From contig CBDDBZ010000031.1 of the NCBI GenBank assembly GCA_965225945.1, positions 32,001 to 96,000 on the forward strand: a stretch of 64,000 nucleotides of DNA. Reading direction: 5' to 3'. Every line of letters begins with the position of its first letter. Position 1 is the stretch's first letter. The stretch comes from Alphaproteobacteria bacterium (GTDB lineage Bacteria > Pseudomonadota > Alphaproteobacteria > GCA-2731375). Positions 1-10,519 of this stretch are shown piece after piece. The translations under genes and the position numbers were made by a program. A model generated the notes under the pieces. That model did not search any database. It was given only the letters and a program-made list of their open reading frames with translations, and was not told the DNA's origin.

Positions 1-2
1 CC

Positions 3-230
3 AGCATCGAGGCCCGCGCCGGGCGCCGTCACGCGGAACTCCGGGCTCGCGGGGCGGACGTCTCGCTCGCCGAGGTGCGCGCCGACCTCGAGCGTCGCGA
101 TGCCCGCGACCGCGAACGGCGGATCTCGCCGCTTCGCCCCGCCGTCGATGCCCGCTTGCTCGAAACGTCGAATTTGGATATAGAAGCCAGCTTCCAGGCC
201 GCTCGTGCGATCATCGAGGGGACGCGGTGA
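3..230 (+). CDS. cmk: Cytidylate kinase, C-terminal part (5' end outside window)
   Basis: Hand translation of frame 3: SIEARAGRRHAEL...DLERRDARDRERRISPLRPAVDARLLETSNLDIEASF...*, typical Cmk C-terminus; lies directly upstream of rpsA. Confidence 0.85.
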   Translation, partial: SIEARAGRRHAELRARGADVSLAEVRADLERRDARDRERRISPLRPAVDARLLETSNLDIEASFQAARAIIEGTR

Positions 231-354
231 ATCTTACCGCTTTCCCGCGACCCTAAGCTCCGCGACGAAAAGGGCAGTGACGAAAAGGGCCTGGGCGATC
301 GAAGACCGCCGGGGACAACCGGCCGGCCAGTAACGAAATTACGAGGACGCACGC

Positions 355-2319
355 ATGACTCAGACCGACATCGCCCCGGACGCGGCCGCAACGCTTCCCA
401 GCACGGACGAATTCGAGGCTCTTCTGGAGAACAGCTTCATCGCCAAGGAAAATCTCGAGGGATCCGTCGTCAAGGGTACGGTCATCGACATGGACGACGA
501 CGCGGTCACCGTGGACGTCGGCTTGAAGACCGAAGGTCGGGTTCCCTTACGCGAGTTCTCCAAGGCCGGCGAGGACGCCGAGCTCAAAGTCGGCGATGTC
601 ATCGACGTCTATCTGGAGCGGATCGAGAACGCCCTCGGCGATGCGGTCCTGAGCCGCGACAAGGCGCGCCGGGAAGAGGCCTGGAACGTCCTGGAGGTGG
701 CCTTCAACAAGAACGAGCGGGTCGAGGGCCAGATCGTCAATCGGGTGAAGGGCGGCTTCACCGTCGATCTGTCGGGCGCCATGGCCTTCCTGCCGGGAAG
801 CCAGGTCGACATCCGGCCGGTTCGCGACGTCACCCCGCTGATGGGCATGACGCAGCCCTTCCAGGTGCTGAAGATGGATCGCCGGCGCGGCAACATCGTC
901 GTCTCCCGCCGCGCGGTGCTGGAGGAGACGCGGGCGGAGCAACGCTCGGAATTGGTCGCCAACCTGAGCGACGGCCAGGTCCTGGAGGGCGTCGTCAAGA
1001 ACATCACCGACTACGGCGCCTTCGTCGATCTCGGCGGCATCGACGGGCTGCTGCACGTCACCGATATGTCCTGGCGTCGCGTCAACCATCCGACCGAAGT
1101 CCTCTCGATCGGCGAAACCGTGAAGATTCAGGTCATCAAGGTCAATCCGGAGACCCAGCGCATCAGCCTCGGCATGAAGCAGTTGCAGCAGGACCCGTGG
1201 GACGGCATCGAGATCAAGTATCCGGCCCAGACCAAGTTCACGGGCCGCGTCACCAACATCACCGATTACGGCGCCTTCGTGGAGTTGGAGGCCGGCGTCG
1301 AGGGCCTGGTTCACATCTCCGAGATGAGCTGGACCAAGAAGAACGTGCATCCGGGCAAGATCGTCTCGACCTCTCAGGAGGTCGAGGTGATGGTGCTGGA
1401 GGTGGATCCGGACAAGCGCCGCATCAGCCTCGGCCTGAAGCAGTGCATGGACAATCCCTGGCTGGTCTTCGCCGATCGGAACTCGGTCGGGTCCACGGTC
1501 GAGGGCGAGGTCAAGAACATCACCGAATTCGGTCTCTTCGTCGGTCTCGACGACAACATCGACGGCATGGTGCATCTCTCGGATCTCGACTGGAACCGGC
1601 CCGGCGAACAGGCGCTGGCGGAATACCGCAAGGGCGACACGGTCCGTGCCAAGGTGCTCGATATCGATACCGACAAGGAACGGATCAGCCTCGGCGTCAA
1701 ACAGTTGTCGGACGATCCCTTCTCCGCCGCCGACACCTTGAAGCGTGGCGCGGTGGTCACCTGCACCATCGCCCAGGTCACGGACAACGGCATCGAGGTG
1801 ACGCTGGCCGGGGGTCTCAGGGGCTTCATTCGCAAGTCGGACCTGTCGCGCGATCGCAGCGAACAGCGCCCGGAGCGTTTCGCCGTCGGCAACAAGGTCG
1901 ATGCCCTGGTGACCAGTCTCGATCGCTCGCAGCGCCGTATCGGCCTGTCGATCAAGGCCCGCGAGGTCCGGGAGGAGAAGGAGGCGGTGGCACAGTACGG
2001 CTCCTCCGACTCGGGCGCGAGCCTCGGCGACATCCTGGGCGCCGCCATCACGCGCGCCCGGCGCGACGCCGAGGGGAGCGAGGCCGAGGCCACCGAGGGT
2101 GACGAGCCGGACACCGTGGCCGAGGTCGAGGCGACGAACGGTGACGAGCCGGACACCGTGGCCGAGGTCGAGGCGACGGAGGGTGGCGAGGCGGACGCCG
2201 TGGCCGAGGTCGAGGCGACGGAGGGTGGCGACGCGGACGCCGGGATCGAGGTCGAGGCCGTGGAAGCAACTCCCGACGAGGCCCCCGCCGACGAGCCATC
2301 GACGACGGACAAGGCCTGA
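355..2319 (+). CDS. rpsA: 30S ribosomal protein S1 with acidic repetitive C-terminal tail
   Basis: Six S1 repeats (e.g. GVVKNITDYGAFVDLGGIDGLLHVTDMSW, RISLGMKQL); cmk-rpsA synteny. Confidence 0.98.
   Translation: MTQTDIAPDAAATLPSTDEFEALLENSFIAKENLEGSVVKGTVIDMDDDAVTVDVGLKTEGRVPLREFSKAGEDAELKVGDVIDVYLERIENALGDAVLSRDKARREEAWNVLEVAFNKNERVEGQIVNRVKGGFTVDLSGAMAFLPGSQVDIRPVRDVTPLMGMTQPFQVLKMDRRRGNIVVSRRAVLEETRAEQRSELVANLSDGQVLEGVVKNITDYGAFVDLGGIDGLLHVTDMSWRRVNHPTEVLSIGETVKIQVIKVNPETQRISLGMKQLQQDPWDGIEIKYPAQTKFTGRVTNITDYGAFVELEAGVEGLVHISEMSWTKKNVHPGKIVSTSQEVEVMVLEVDPDKRRISLGLKQCMDNPWLVFADRNSVGSTVEGEVKNITEFGLFVGLDDNIDGMVHLSDLDWNRPGEQALAEYRKGDTVRAKVLDIDTDKERISLGVKQLSDDPFSAADTLKRGAVVTCTIAQVTDNGIEVTLAGGLRGFIRKSDLSRDRSEQRPERFAVGNKVDALVTSLDRSQRRIGLSIKAREVREEKEAVAQYGSSDSGASLGDILGAAITRARRDAEGSEAEATEGDEPDTVAEVEATNGDEPDTVAEVEATEGGEADAVAEVEATEGGDADAGIEVEAVEATPDEAPADEPSTTDKA
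2086..2253 (+). repeat. Four tandem 42-bp in-frame repeats (EAT[EN]G[DG][ED][PA]D[TA]VAEV) in the rpsA tail
   Basis: GAGGC[CG]AC...GAGGTC unit of 42 nt seen four times in succession. Confidence 0.9.
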
Positions 2320-2352
2320 TCCCAGGCGCCGGGCCAGCGGAAAGCCGACCCC

Positions 2353-3249
2353 GTGGATACCGAGGCTCTCCTCGACCGCTATCGGCTGAAGCGACGCCTG
2401 GCGATTTGGCGGACGGTGGCGATCCTTGCCATTGTCGGCTTCGCCGTCACCATGGTGGCGCGTTTCGTCGACGCGCCGGGGGAGCATATCGCGCGGCTTT
2501 CCGTCGACGGGATCATCGTCGAGGACGCGCGGCGCGAGGCGGCGCTCTACCGCCTGGTCGAGGACGACGAGGCGCTGGCGCTGATCGTCCGCATCAACAG
2601 CCCGGGCGGCACCACGACGGGGAGCGAGGCCCTGTTCCGCAATCTCCGCCGGGTCGCGGAGGAAAAACCGGTCGTCGCCGTGATCGGCACCATGGGCGCC
2701 TCGGGTGGCTACATCGCCGCCGTGGCGGCGGACTACATCATCGCGCGTGAAACCTCGCTTACCGGTTCCATCGGCGTGATCCTGGAGACGGCCGAATTCA
2801 GCCGCCTGTTGGAGAAGATCGGCATCACGGCGGAAGCCGTCACCAGCGGACCGCAGAAGGGTCAGCCCTCGCCGATCGCGCCGATGACGGAGGAGACGCG
2901 CGCCGCCGTTTCCGCGGTGGTCGGCGATGCCTTCGATTGGTTCAAGGGATTGGTCGCCGAGCGGCGAAAGTTGAGCGAGGAGGAGATCCTGGTCGTCAGC
3001 GACGGGCGAGTCTTCACCGGCCGCCAGGCGCTGGGTCACAAGCTGATCGACAGAATCGGCGGCGAGCGGGAAGCCATCGGGTGGCTGGAGCGGGACCGCG
3101 AGATCCCGGAGGACCTTCCGATCGTCGAGCTGGAGTACCACGAACTGCCTCCGCTGATCGAACGAGTGGCAACCAGATGGGCCGGAAAAGTCCTGTCCTT
3201 TGAACCACTTATGCTTGACGGGCTGCGTTCCGTCTGGCACCCTCGCTGA
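2353..3249 (+). CDS. sppA: Signal peptide peptidase SppA (S49)
   Basis: [31 protein letters not shown] motifs; N-terminal TM helix; rpsA-sppA-ihfB synteny. Confidence 0.95.
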   Translation: MDTEALLDRYRLKRRLAIWRTVAILAIVGFAVTMVARFVDAPGEHIARLSVDGIIVEDARREAALYRLVEDDEALALIVRINSPGGTTTGSEALFRNLRRVAEEKPVVAVIGTMGASGGYIAAVAADYIIARETSLTGSIGVILETAEFSRLLEKIGITAEAVTSGPQKGQPSPIAPMTEETRAAVSAVVGDAFDWFKGLVAERRKLSEEEILVVSDGRVFTGRQALGHKLIDRIGGEREAIGWLERDREIPEDLPIVELEYHELPPLIERVATRWAGKVLSFEPLMLDGLRSVWHPR

Positions 3250-3292
3250 TCCCGTCGGGGAGGATCGAGGTCGGCGGGAAGGGGAGGGGGCG

Positions 3293-3583
3293 ATGATCAA
3301 GTCGGAATTGATCCAACGTTTGGCCGAGGCCAATCCGCACCTCTATCAGCGCGACATCGAGCGTATCGTCGGCACGATCTTCGACGAAATCGCCGCTGCC
3401 CTGCAGCGCGGGGACCGGGTCGAGCTTCGCGGCTTCGGCGCCTTTTCCGTCAAGCGTCGTCCGGCCCGGATCGGCCGCAACCCCAGAACCGGGGAGCGGG
3501 TCGATGTCGCCGAGAAACACGTGCCGTTCTTCAAGTCGGGCAAGGAATTGCGCGAGCGGCTGAACGCCGGCGGCAATGAATAG
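3293..3583 (+). CDS. ihfB: Integration host factor beta subunit
   Basis: [17 protein letters not shown]...[13 protein letters not shown]...GRNPRTGE...[14 protein letters not shown]; ATG at 3293 after purine-rich RBS. Confidence 0.97.
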   Translation: MIKSELIQRLAEANPHLYQRDIERIVGTIFDEIAAALQRGDRVELRGFGAFSVKRRPARIGRNPRTGERVDVAEKHVPFFKSGKELRERLNAGGNE

Positions 3584-3608
3584 CGCGGTTCCGGGAGGTT
3601 TTGCCGCG

Positions 3609-3944
3609 GTGAAAATCCTGATCTGGATCGTGCTGCTGCCGCTGGTGTTGATCGTCATCGCGCTCGCCGTGGCCAACCACGAGGCGGTCGTGATCAGCCT
3701 GGAGCCGCTTCCCTTCCGCTTCGCGCCGCCGCTCTACCTGTTGGTGCTGGTCTTCGCCTTCCTGGGTCTGCTCGGCGGTCTTTTGGTCGGCTGGACCCGC
3801 GGCTTGCGCTGGCGGGTCCGGGCCGGGCAGGCGGAACGCGAGGTGGCGCGCCTGGAGGGTGAGCTCAGGCGCGAGCGGGAGATGACGAGTCCTCCGAGGG
3901 GGCACGGCGGCGGCCTGCCGGCCAGGATCGGCCGCGCGGCCTGA
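3609..3944 (+). CDS. LapA/DUF1049 family membrane protein
   Basis: Two hydrophobic helices with AVAN motif, then coiled tail; position between ihfB and pyrF. Start GTG 3609 (GGAGG upstream) or ATG 3576. Confidence 0.75.
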   Translation: MKILIWIVLLPLVLIVIALAVANHEAVVISLEPLPFRFAPPLYLLVLVFAFLGLLGGLLVGWTRGLRWRVRAGQAEREVARLEGELRREREMTSPPRGHGGGLPARIGRAA

Positions 3945-4047
3945 GGCCCGTCCGCCGCCGCCCGCGCTACCCTCGACATGTTCGATCTGCTATAACGCGC
4001 CGCCCGCCAGGCCTGGGTGGGATGTCCGACAACACACGGCGACGCCG

Positions 4048-4755
4048 ATGCGAAGCCCCTTCTTCTGTGCCATCGACACCACCGATATCGATTCTGCGCG
4101 GCGGCTGGCGGCGATCGCCTCCGCCGTCGGCGCCGGCATCAAGGTCGGCAAGGAATTCTTCACCAGCCACGGGCCCGAGGGCGTTCGCCGCCTGCGTGAG
4201 GACGGCCCGGCATCGCTCTTTCTCGATCTGAAGTTCCACGATATCGCGAACACGGTGGCGGGTGCGGTGCGGGCGGCGGCGGCGCTCGGTCCAGCGATCG
4301 TCAACGTCCACGCGGTGGGCGGCCGGGCGATGATGCGGGCCGCCCGGGAAGCGGCCGAGGCGGCGGAGGGCCAGAGGCCCAAGGTCATCGCCGTCACCAT
4401 CCTCACCAGCCTGGACGAGGGCGATCTCGACGAGGTGGGTCTTGCCGGCCCGGTGGCGGCGCGGACCGTGGCGCTGGCGCGGCTCGCGCGGGACTGCGGG
4501 CTCGACGGCGTGGTCTGCTCGCCTTGCGAGATCGCACCGCTTCGCGACGCGTTGGGAGCCGATTTCCTGCTCGTGGTGCCGGGGGTCAGGCCGGCGGGCG
4601 CCGCGCCGGGCGACCAAAAGCGGGTGACGACGCCCGTGGAAGCGCTCCGCCTCGGTGCCGATTTTCTGGTCGTCGGCCGCCCGATCAGCGCCGCCGCGGA
4701 CCCGGCGGCCGCGGCCCGAGGGATTGCCGAGGAACTCCGGGAGGCGGGATCGTGA
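4048..4755 (+). CDS. pyrF: Orotidine 5'-phosphate decarboxylase
   Basis: [40 protein letters not shown] motifs. Confidence 0.97.
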   Translation: MRSPFFCAIDTTDIDSARRLAAIASAVGAGIKVGKEFFTSHGPEGVRRLREDGPASLFLDLKFHDIANTVAGAVRAAAALGPAIVNVHAVGGRAMMRAAREAAEAAEGQRPKVIAVTILTSLDEGDLDEVGLAGPVAARTVALARLARDCGLDGVVCSPCEIAPLRDALGADFLLVVPGVRPAGAAPGDQKRVTTPVEALRLGADFLVVGRPISAAADPAAAARGIAEELREAGS

Positions 4756-5405
4756 GCGGGGCCGTGACGGCGAAGATTTGCGGCATCAACGATGCAGACG
4801 CGCTGGCGGCGGCGGTCGCGGGCGGCGCGGCGCTGCTGGGGTTCGTTTTCTATCCGCCCTCGCCCCGCGCGCTCAGCCCCGGGGCGGCGGGTGCGCTCAC
4901 CCGCCTGGTGCCGGAAGGAGTGCGCCGCGTGGGTCTCTTCGTCGACGCGGCGGACGACACCATCGCCGAGGTTCTGGCCGCCGCGGAGCTCGACCTGTTA
5001 CAGTTCCACGGCGACGAAAGCGTGGCGCGGGTCGCGCGCGCGCGCGCGCGTTTCGGCCTACCGGTCGCCAAGGCCATCAAGGTGGCGGCGCGCGAGGACA
5101 TCGAGGCGGCGCACGCCTACGAGGCGGCGGCGGACCTGCTGCTGTTCGACGCCAAGGCGCCGACGTCGATGCGCGACGCGCTGCCCGGCGGCAACGCCCT
5201 GGTGTTCGATTGGAACCTGCTCGCCGGCCGCCTCTGGCAGCGGCCTTGGATGCTCTCGGGTGGACTGGATGCGGCGAACGTGGCCGAGGCGGTCCGGATC
5301 AGCGGCGCCACCTCGCTCGACGTCTCCTCCGGGGTCGAGCGCGCGCCCGGAGACAAGGATCCCGCGCTCATCAAAGCATTCCTTGACGTCATCCGGACCC
5401 TATGA
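4752..5405 (+). CDS. trpF: Phosphoribosylanthranilate isomerase
   Basis: [34 protein letters not shown]; GTG start overlaps pyrF stop. Confidence 0.96.
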   Translation: MSGAVTAKICGINDADALAAAVAGGAALLGFVFYPPSPRALSPGAAGALTRLVPEGVRRVGLFVDAADDTIAEVLAAAELDLLQFHGDESVARVARARARFGLPVAKAIKVAAREDIEAAHAYEAAADLLLFDAKAPTSMRDALPGGNALVFDWNLLAGRLWQRPWMLSGGLDAANVAEAVRISGATSLDVSSGVERAPGDKDPALIKAFLDVIRTL

Positions 5406-5422
5406 GCTAGGTTCGCCGCACC

Positions 5423-6634
5423 ATGGAAAGTCCCAATTCCTATCGCGCCGGACCCGACGCATCGGGACATTTCGGCATCTTCGGCGGCCGTTTCGTGGCC
5501 GAAACCCTGATGCCGCTGATCCTGGAGCTGGAGACCGCCTATCGCCAGGCCCAGGCGGACCCGAAGTTCCGGGACGAGCTCGACGGCTATTTGCAGCACT
5601 ACGTCGGTCGGCCGAGCCCGCTCTATTTCGCCGCGCGGCTGACGGCGCATTTCGGCGGCGCCAAGGTCTATTTCAAGCGCGACGAGCTGAACCACACCGG
5701 GGCCCACAAGATCAACAACTGCATGGGCCAGATCCTGCTGGCCCGGCGCATGGGCAAGACTCGGATCATCGCCGAGACCGGGGCCGGCCAGCACGGCGTC
5801 GCCGCGGCGACGGTGGCGGCGCTTTTCGGGCTCCCCTGCACCGTCTACATGGGCCAAACGGATATCGAGCGGCAGAAGCCAAACGTCTTCCGCATGCGTC
5901 TTCTGGGAGCGGAGGTGCGGCCCGTCACCAGTGGCTCCCGCACCCTCAAGGACGCGCTGAACGAGGCGCTGCGCGACTGGGTGACCAACGTCGAGGACAC
6001 CTTCTACATCATCGGCACGGTGGCGGGGCCGCATCCCTATCCAGAGCTGGTGCGGGACTTTCAGTCGGTGATCGGCCACGAGGCCAAGGCACAGATGGAG
6101 GAGGCGGAGGGCCGGCTGCCCGACACGCTGGTCGCCTGCATCGGCGGCGGCTCCAACGCCATCGGCCTATTCCATCCCTTCCTCGATGACGAAGCGGTCG
6201 AGATGCACGGGGTGGAAGCCGCCGGGCGCGGCCTCAAGAGCGGCCAACATGCCGCCTCCCTGACCGCCGGCTCGCCGGGCGTGCTGCACGGCAACCGGAC
6301 CTATCTGCTACAGGATGACGACGGCCAGATCATCGAGGCTCACTCGATCTCGGCCGGCCTGGACTATCCCGGTATCGGGCCCGAGCATTCCTGGCTGCAC
6401 GAAATCGGGCGGGTCGAGTATGTGACCGCGACCGACCGGGAGGCCCTGGACGCCTTCCAGCTCTGCAGCCAGCTCGAGGGCATCATCCCGGCCCTGGAGC
6501 CGGCCCATGCGCTGGCCCATGTCGCCCGGATCGCGCCGGAGCGGCCGGCCGATCACATCATCTTGATGAACCTGTGCGGGCGCGGCGACAAGGATATCTT
6601 TACCGTCGCCGAGGCCCTGGGGATAGACTTGTGA
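5423..6634 (+). CDS. trpB: Tryptophan synthase beta chain
   Basis: [14 protein letters not shown] lysine, [25 protein letters not shown]. Confidence 0.99.
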   Translation: MESPNSYRAGPDASGHFGIFGGRFVAETLMPLILELETAYRQAQADPKFRDELDGYLQHYVGRPSPLYFAARLTAHFGGAKVYFKRDELNHTGAHKINNCMGQILLARRMGKTRIIAETGAGQHGVAAATVAALFGLPCTVYMGQTDIERQKPNVFRMRLLGAEVRPVTSGSRTLKDALNEALRDWVTNVEDTFYIIGTVAGPHPYPELVRDFQSVIGHEAKAQMEEAEGRLPDTLVACIGGGSNAIGLFHPFLDDEAVEMHGVEAAGRGLKSGQHAASLTAGSPGVLHGNRTYLLQDDDGQIIEAHSISAGLDYPGIGPEHSWLHEIGRVEYVTATDREALDAFQLCSQLEGIIPALEPAHALAHVARIAPERPADHIILMNLCGRGDKDIFTVAEALGIDL

Positions 6635-7479
6635 GCGGCGGCCGGGCACGGATCGAGGCGCGCTTCGCCGAGCTTCGGAGCGCCGGGCGGGGTGGCCTGA
6701 TCACCTTCCTGACGGCGGGCGATCCCAACTACGAGCTATCGCGCGAGATCCTCTTCGGCCTGCCGGAGGCAGGCGCCGACCTGATCGAGCTCGGCATGGC
6801 CTTCACCGATCCGATGGCCGACGGGCCGGCGATCCAGCGCTCCGGCCGCCGCGCGCTGGACGGCGGCATCACGCTCGCCCGCACGGTGGAGCTGGTGGCC
6901 GAGTTTCGCCGCGTCGACGAGACCACGCCGATCATTCTCATGGGCTACTACAATCCGATTCACCACTATGGCGTCGCCGGCTTCCTCGCCGATGCCCAGG
7001 CGGCCGGCGTCGACGGGCTGATCGTCGTCGACCTGCCGCCGGAGGAGGACGCGGAGCTCTGCCTGCCGACGCTCGAGGCCGGGCTCGGCTTCATCCGTCT
7101 GGCGACGCCGACGACCGACGACAAGCGGCTGCCGGCGGTGCTCGCCAATGCCTCGGGCTTCGTCTACTACGTCTCCTATACGGGCATCACCGGGGCGCGC
7201 GCGATCGACAAGGCGGTGGTGGCGGAAGCCCTGGCGCGCCTCGCCCGGCATACCGATCTGCCGCTCGCCGTCGGTTTCGGCATCCGCGAGCCGGATCAGG
7301 CCCGGGCGATCGCCCGGGTGGCCGACGCGGTGGTGGTCGGCTCGGCCCTGGTCGACGTGATCGCCAAGGCCGTGGACGCCGACGGCGCCGCCGACAGGTG
7401 TGTCACGGCCCGGGTGCATGCGCGAGTCCGGGCGCTGGCCGAGGCTGTCCGGGGCGCCCGAAACCGGGTCGAGGCTTAG
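6631..7479 (+). CDS. trpA: Tryptophan synthase alpha chain
   Basis: [48 protein letters not shown]; GTG overlaps trpB stop. Confidence 0.97.
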   Translation: MSGGRARIEARFAELRSAGRGGLITFLTAGDPNYELSREILFGLPEAGADLIELGMAFTDPMADGPAIQRSGRRALDGGITLARTVELVAEFRRVDETTPIILMGYYNPIHHYGVAGFLADAQAAGVDGLIVVDLPPEEDAELCLPTLEAGLGFIRLATPTTDDKRLPAVLANASGFVYYVSYTGITGARAIDKAVVAEALARLARHTDLPLAVGFGIREPDQARAIARVADAVVVGSALVDVIAKAVDADGAADRCVTARVHARVRALAEAVRGARNRVEA

Positions 7480-7490
7480 GATAGCTCGCG

Positions 7491-8771
7491 GTGAACTGGC
7501 TCACCAACTTCGTCCGCCCCAAGATCCGCGCCCTGGTGCGTCGCACGGAGGTGCCGGACCAGCTCTGGACCAAGTGCACCGGCTGCGGGCAGATGTTGCA
7601 CCACAAGGCGGTCGCCGAAGCGCACTACGTCTGCCCCGAGTGCGATCACCACATGCGGGTCTGTGCCAGGGACCGCTTCGAATTCATGTTCGACTCAGGG
7701 ATCTATAGCGAGGTCACGGTGCGGGAGGTGCCGACCGACCCGCTGCGCTTTCGCGATCAGAAGCGCTATATCGACCGGCTGAAGGACATGCGCGGCAAGA
7801 CCGGTCAGGACGACACGATCGTCGTCGGCCGGGGCCGCATGGGCGGGCACGCCGCCGTGGTCGCGTGCCAGACCTTCGACTTCCTCGGCGGCTCGATGGG
7901 CATGGCGGCGGGCGAGGCGGTGATCGCGGCGGCCCGCGCGGCGATCGAGGACGATGCCGCCCTGATCATGGTCACCGCCGCCGGCGGCGCCCGCATGCAG
8001 GAAGGCATCCTGTCGCTGATGCAGATGCCGCGCACCACCATCGCGGTGCAGATGGCGCGGGAGAACGGCCTGCCCTATATCGTCGTCCTGACCGATCCGA
8101 CCACCGGCGGCGTCACCGCCTCTTACGCCATGCTGGGCGACATCACCATCGCCGAGCCGGGGGCGTTGATCGGCTTCGCCGGGCCTCGGGTGATCGAGAG
8201 CACCATCCGCGAGCGCCTGCCGGAAGGCTTCCAGCGGGCGGAGTACCTGCTCGAGCACGGCATGATCGACATGGTGGTCCACCGCCACAAGCTTCGCGAA
8301 ACGCTGATCCGGATCGTCGATCTGCTGCGCGTGCCGGACCGCGGGGCGCGGGGCGGCGAACCGGTGACCGTCCTCACGGTCCCGCTCGAGCCGGATCCGG
8401 TGGCGCCTCCGGACGACGAGCCTAGCCTCGAGCCGCCTACGCCCGAGCTTCAGCCGCCGATCGAGCCGGCGAGTGCGGCGCTGCCGGATCGCGAGCCGGA
8501 CGAGGACGAGACACCATCCGAAGACGCCACCTCCGAGGACCAAGCGCCGGAGACGCCGATCGTCGAGACCGAGGCCCCGGAACCCGAGGCCGCCGATGCG
8601 GCGCCTTCCGAAATCGAGGTCGAGATCGAGGTCGAGGTCGAGGAGGTCGCGATCGTCGCCGAGGAGGTGCCGGCCTCGCAAGCGCCGGTGGAAGAGGCGA
8701 CGGCGGAGGCGGAACCGCTGGTCCTCGATTTGGAGGTCGAAATCCCGGAACCGCGTCGCCGCGATGAGTGA
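7491..8771 (+). CDS. accD: Acetyl-CoA carboxylase carboxyltransferase beta, with long acidic/Pro-rich C-terminal extension
   Basis: Zn finger LWTKC..C...[40 protein letters not shown]. Confidence 0.96.
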   Translation: MNWLTNFVRPKIRALVRRTEVPDQLWTKCTGCGQMLHHKAVAEAHYVCPECDHHMRVCARDRFEFMFDSGIYSEVTVREVPTDPLRFRDQKRYIDRLKDMRGKTGQDDTIVVGRGRMGGHAAVVACQTFDFLGGSMGMAAGEAVIAAARAAIEDDAALIMVTAAGGARMQEGILSLMQMPRTTIAVQMARENGLPYIVVLTDPTTGGVTASYAMLGDITIAEPGALIGFAGPRVIESTIRERLPEGFQRAEYLLEHGMIDMVVHRHKLRETLIRIVDLLRVPDRGARGGEPVTVLTVPLEPDPVAPPDDEPSLEPPTPELQPPIEPASAALPDREPDEDETPSEDATSEDQAPETPIVETEAPEPEAADAAPSEIEVEIEVEVEEVAIVAEEVPASQAPVEEATAEAEPLVLDLEVEIPEPRRRDE

Positions 8772-10089
8772 GGGCGCCGCGCGCAGCCCGCTCGACGAGA
8801 TGCTGCGTCGCCTCGAGGGGCTGCACCCTCGGGTGATCGACCTATTCCTCGGCCGGATCGAGCGGCTGCTGGCGGCGTTGGGCCATCCCGAACGGCGCCT
8901 CCCGCCGGTCGTCCATGTCGCCGGGACCAACGGCAAGGGCTCGACCATCGCCTATATGCGCGCGGCGCTCGAGGCGGCGGGCCATGGGGTTCACGCCTAC
9001 ACCTCGCCCCATCTGGTCCGCTTCAACGAGCGAATCCGACTTCGTGGCCGGATCATCGACGATGCCCGGCTGCTCGAGGTGCTGGAGGCGGCCGAGCGGG
9101 TCAACGGCGGCGCGACCATCACCTTTTTCGAGATCACCACGGCCGCGGCCTATCTCGCCTTCGCCGAGACGCCGGCCGACATTCTGTTGCTCGAAACCGG
9201 GCTCGGCGGCCGGCTCGACGCCACCAACGTCATCGAGCCTCCGGCGCTCTCGGTCATCACGCCGATCTCGATCGATCACCAGCAGTTCCTGGGCGAGTCC
9301 ATCGTGGAGATCGCCGCCGAGAAGGCCGGCATCCTGAAGCCCGGCGGGCACGCCGTTATCGGCCCCCAGTCGCGGGCGGTGCTGGACGTGCTTCGGGCGC
9401 GCGCGGGAGCGCTCGACGCGCGCCTGGTGACGCATGGCGCGGGCTGGCGCGCGCGGCTGTCGGGCGATGGCCTGATCTTTCAGAGCGCCGAAGGCGAGCG
9501 ACGGTTTCCCCACCCGGGCCTTGCCGGTGGCTATCAGGTGGAGAACGCCGGACTGGCGATCGCCTGCCTCGACCAGCTCGCGGCGTTCGAGGTGGGGGAC
9601 GAGGCGATCGCCGAGGGACTTCGGCGCGTCGAATGGCCGGGGCGGCTGCAGCGCTTGACGCGGGGCCCGCTGGTCGAGGCGGGCCCGAGGGGAATGGAAC
9701 TCTGGCTCGACGGCGGCCACAACGCCGGTGCCGGCGTCGCCTTGGCGCAGGCGCTGCTGGACTGGTCGATGCGCGACGCGGTGGAGCGGCCGCTCTACCT
9801 CGTCTTCGGTATGGTGGTCAGCAAGGATCCGGCCGCTTTCCTCGCCCCGCTCGCGAGCCTCGGGCCGCGCCTGGCCTATGTGGAAATTCCGGGCGAGCAC
9901 CAGAACTTGCCGAGCGCCACGGCGCTCGAGGCGGCGGAAGCCCTGGAACTTTTCGCCCGCGCGATGCCGGATCTAGCGAGCGCGATGGCCTGGATCGCGG
10001 GCGAAACCGAGCAATCGGGGCTGCCGCCCCGAGTCCTTATCGCCGGCTCGCTCTACCTCGCCGGCGTCGTTCTGGCGGAAAACGGATAG
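8764..10089 (+). CDS. folC: Folylpolyglutamate/dihydrofolate synthase
   Basis: [48 protein letters not shown]. Confidence 0.96.
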   Translation: MSEGAARSPLDEMLRRLEGLHPRVIDLFLGRIERLLAALGHPERRLPPVVHVAGTNGKGSTIAYMRAALEAAGHGVHAYTSPHLVRFNERIRLRGRIIDDARLLEVLEAAERVNGGATITFFEITTAAAYLAFAETPADILLLETGLGGRLDATNVIEPPALSVITPISIDHQQFLGESIVEIAAEKAGILKPGGHAVIGPQSRAVLDVLRARAGALDARLVTHGAGWRARLSGDGLIFQSAEGERRFPHPGLAGGYQVENAGLAIACLDQLAAFEVGDEAIAEGLRRVEWPGRLQRLTRGPLVEAGPRGMELWLDGGHNAGAGVALAQALLDWSMRDAVERPLYLVFGMVVSKDPAAFLAPLASLGPRLAYVEIPGEHQNLPSATALEAAEALELFARAMPDLASAMAWIAGETEQSGLPPRVLIAGSLYLAGVVLAENG

Positions 10090-10094
10090 TCGGA

Positions 10095-10430
10095 TCAGGC
10101 TCCAGGGCCTCCGATCGACTGCTCGATCCATTCGACGATCTTGCCCTTGGGCACGGCGCCGATCTTGGTCGAGACCACCTCGCCGTCCTTGAACAGGATC
10201 AACATCGGAATGCCGCGGACGTTGTATTTCGCCGGCGTCGAGGGATTGTCGTCGATATTGAGCTTGGCGACGGTCAAGCGAGCGCCCATCTCGCTCGCGA
10301 TCTCCTCCAGCGCCGGGGCGATCTGCTTGCAGGGCATGCACCATTCCGCCCAAAAATCGACCAGCACCGGTTCGGAGGATTGCAGCACGTCTTCATCGAA
10401 GGATGTGTCGCTGACGGGCTTGCTTGTCAT
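10095..10430 (-). CDS. trxA: Thioredoxin (WCMPC active site)
   Basis: VLVDFWAEWCMPCKQIAP...YNVRGIP; addA-trxA synteny. Confidence 0.93.
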   Translation of the reverse strand: MTSKPVSDTSFDEDVLQSSEPVLVDFWAEWCMPCKQIAPALEEIASEMGARLTVAKLNIDDNPSTPAKYNVRGIPMLILFKDGEVVSTKIGAVPKGKIVEWIEQSIGGPGA

Positions 10431-10519
10431 GGCTCTTTCCCTGCGTTCGTGGCCCGCGCTCCCGAGTTCTCGGTCTGACGGCTCCCCTCGGGAAAAACTA
10501 GGAGGGCGGCGAAGGACCG

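Noticed and set aside
260-335. GACGAAAAGGGC direct repeat and GC stem in the rpsA leader as a defined regulatory RNA
   Set aside because: Plausible autoregulatory leader, but cannot be assigned without a covariance-model search.
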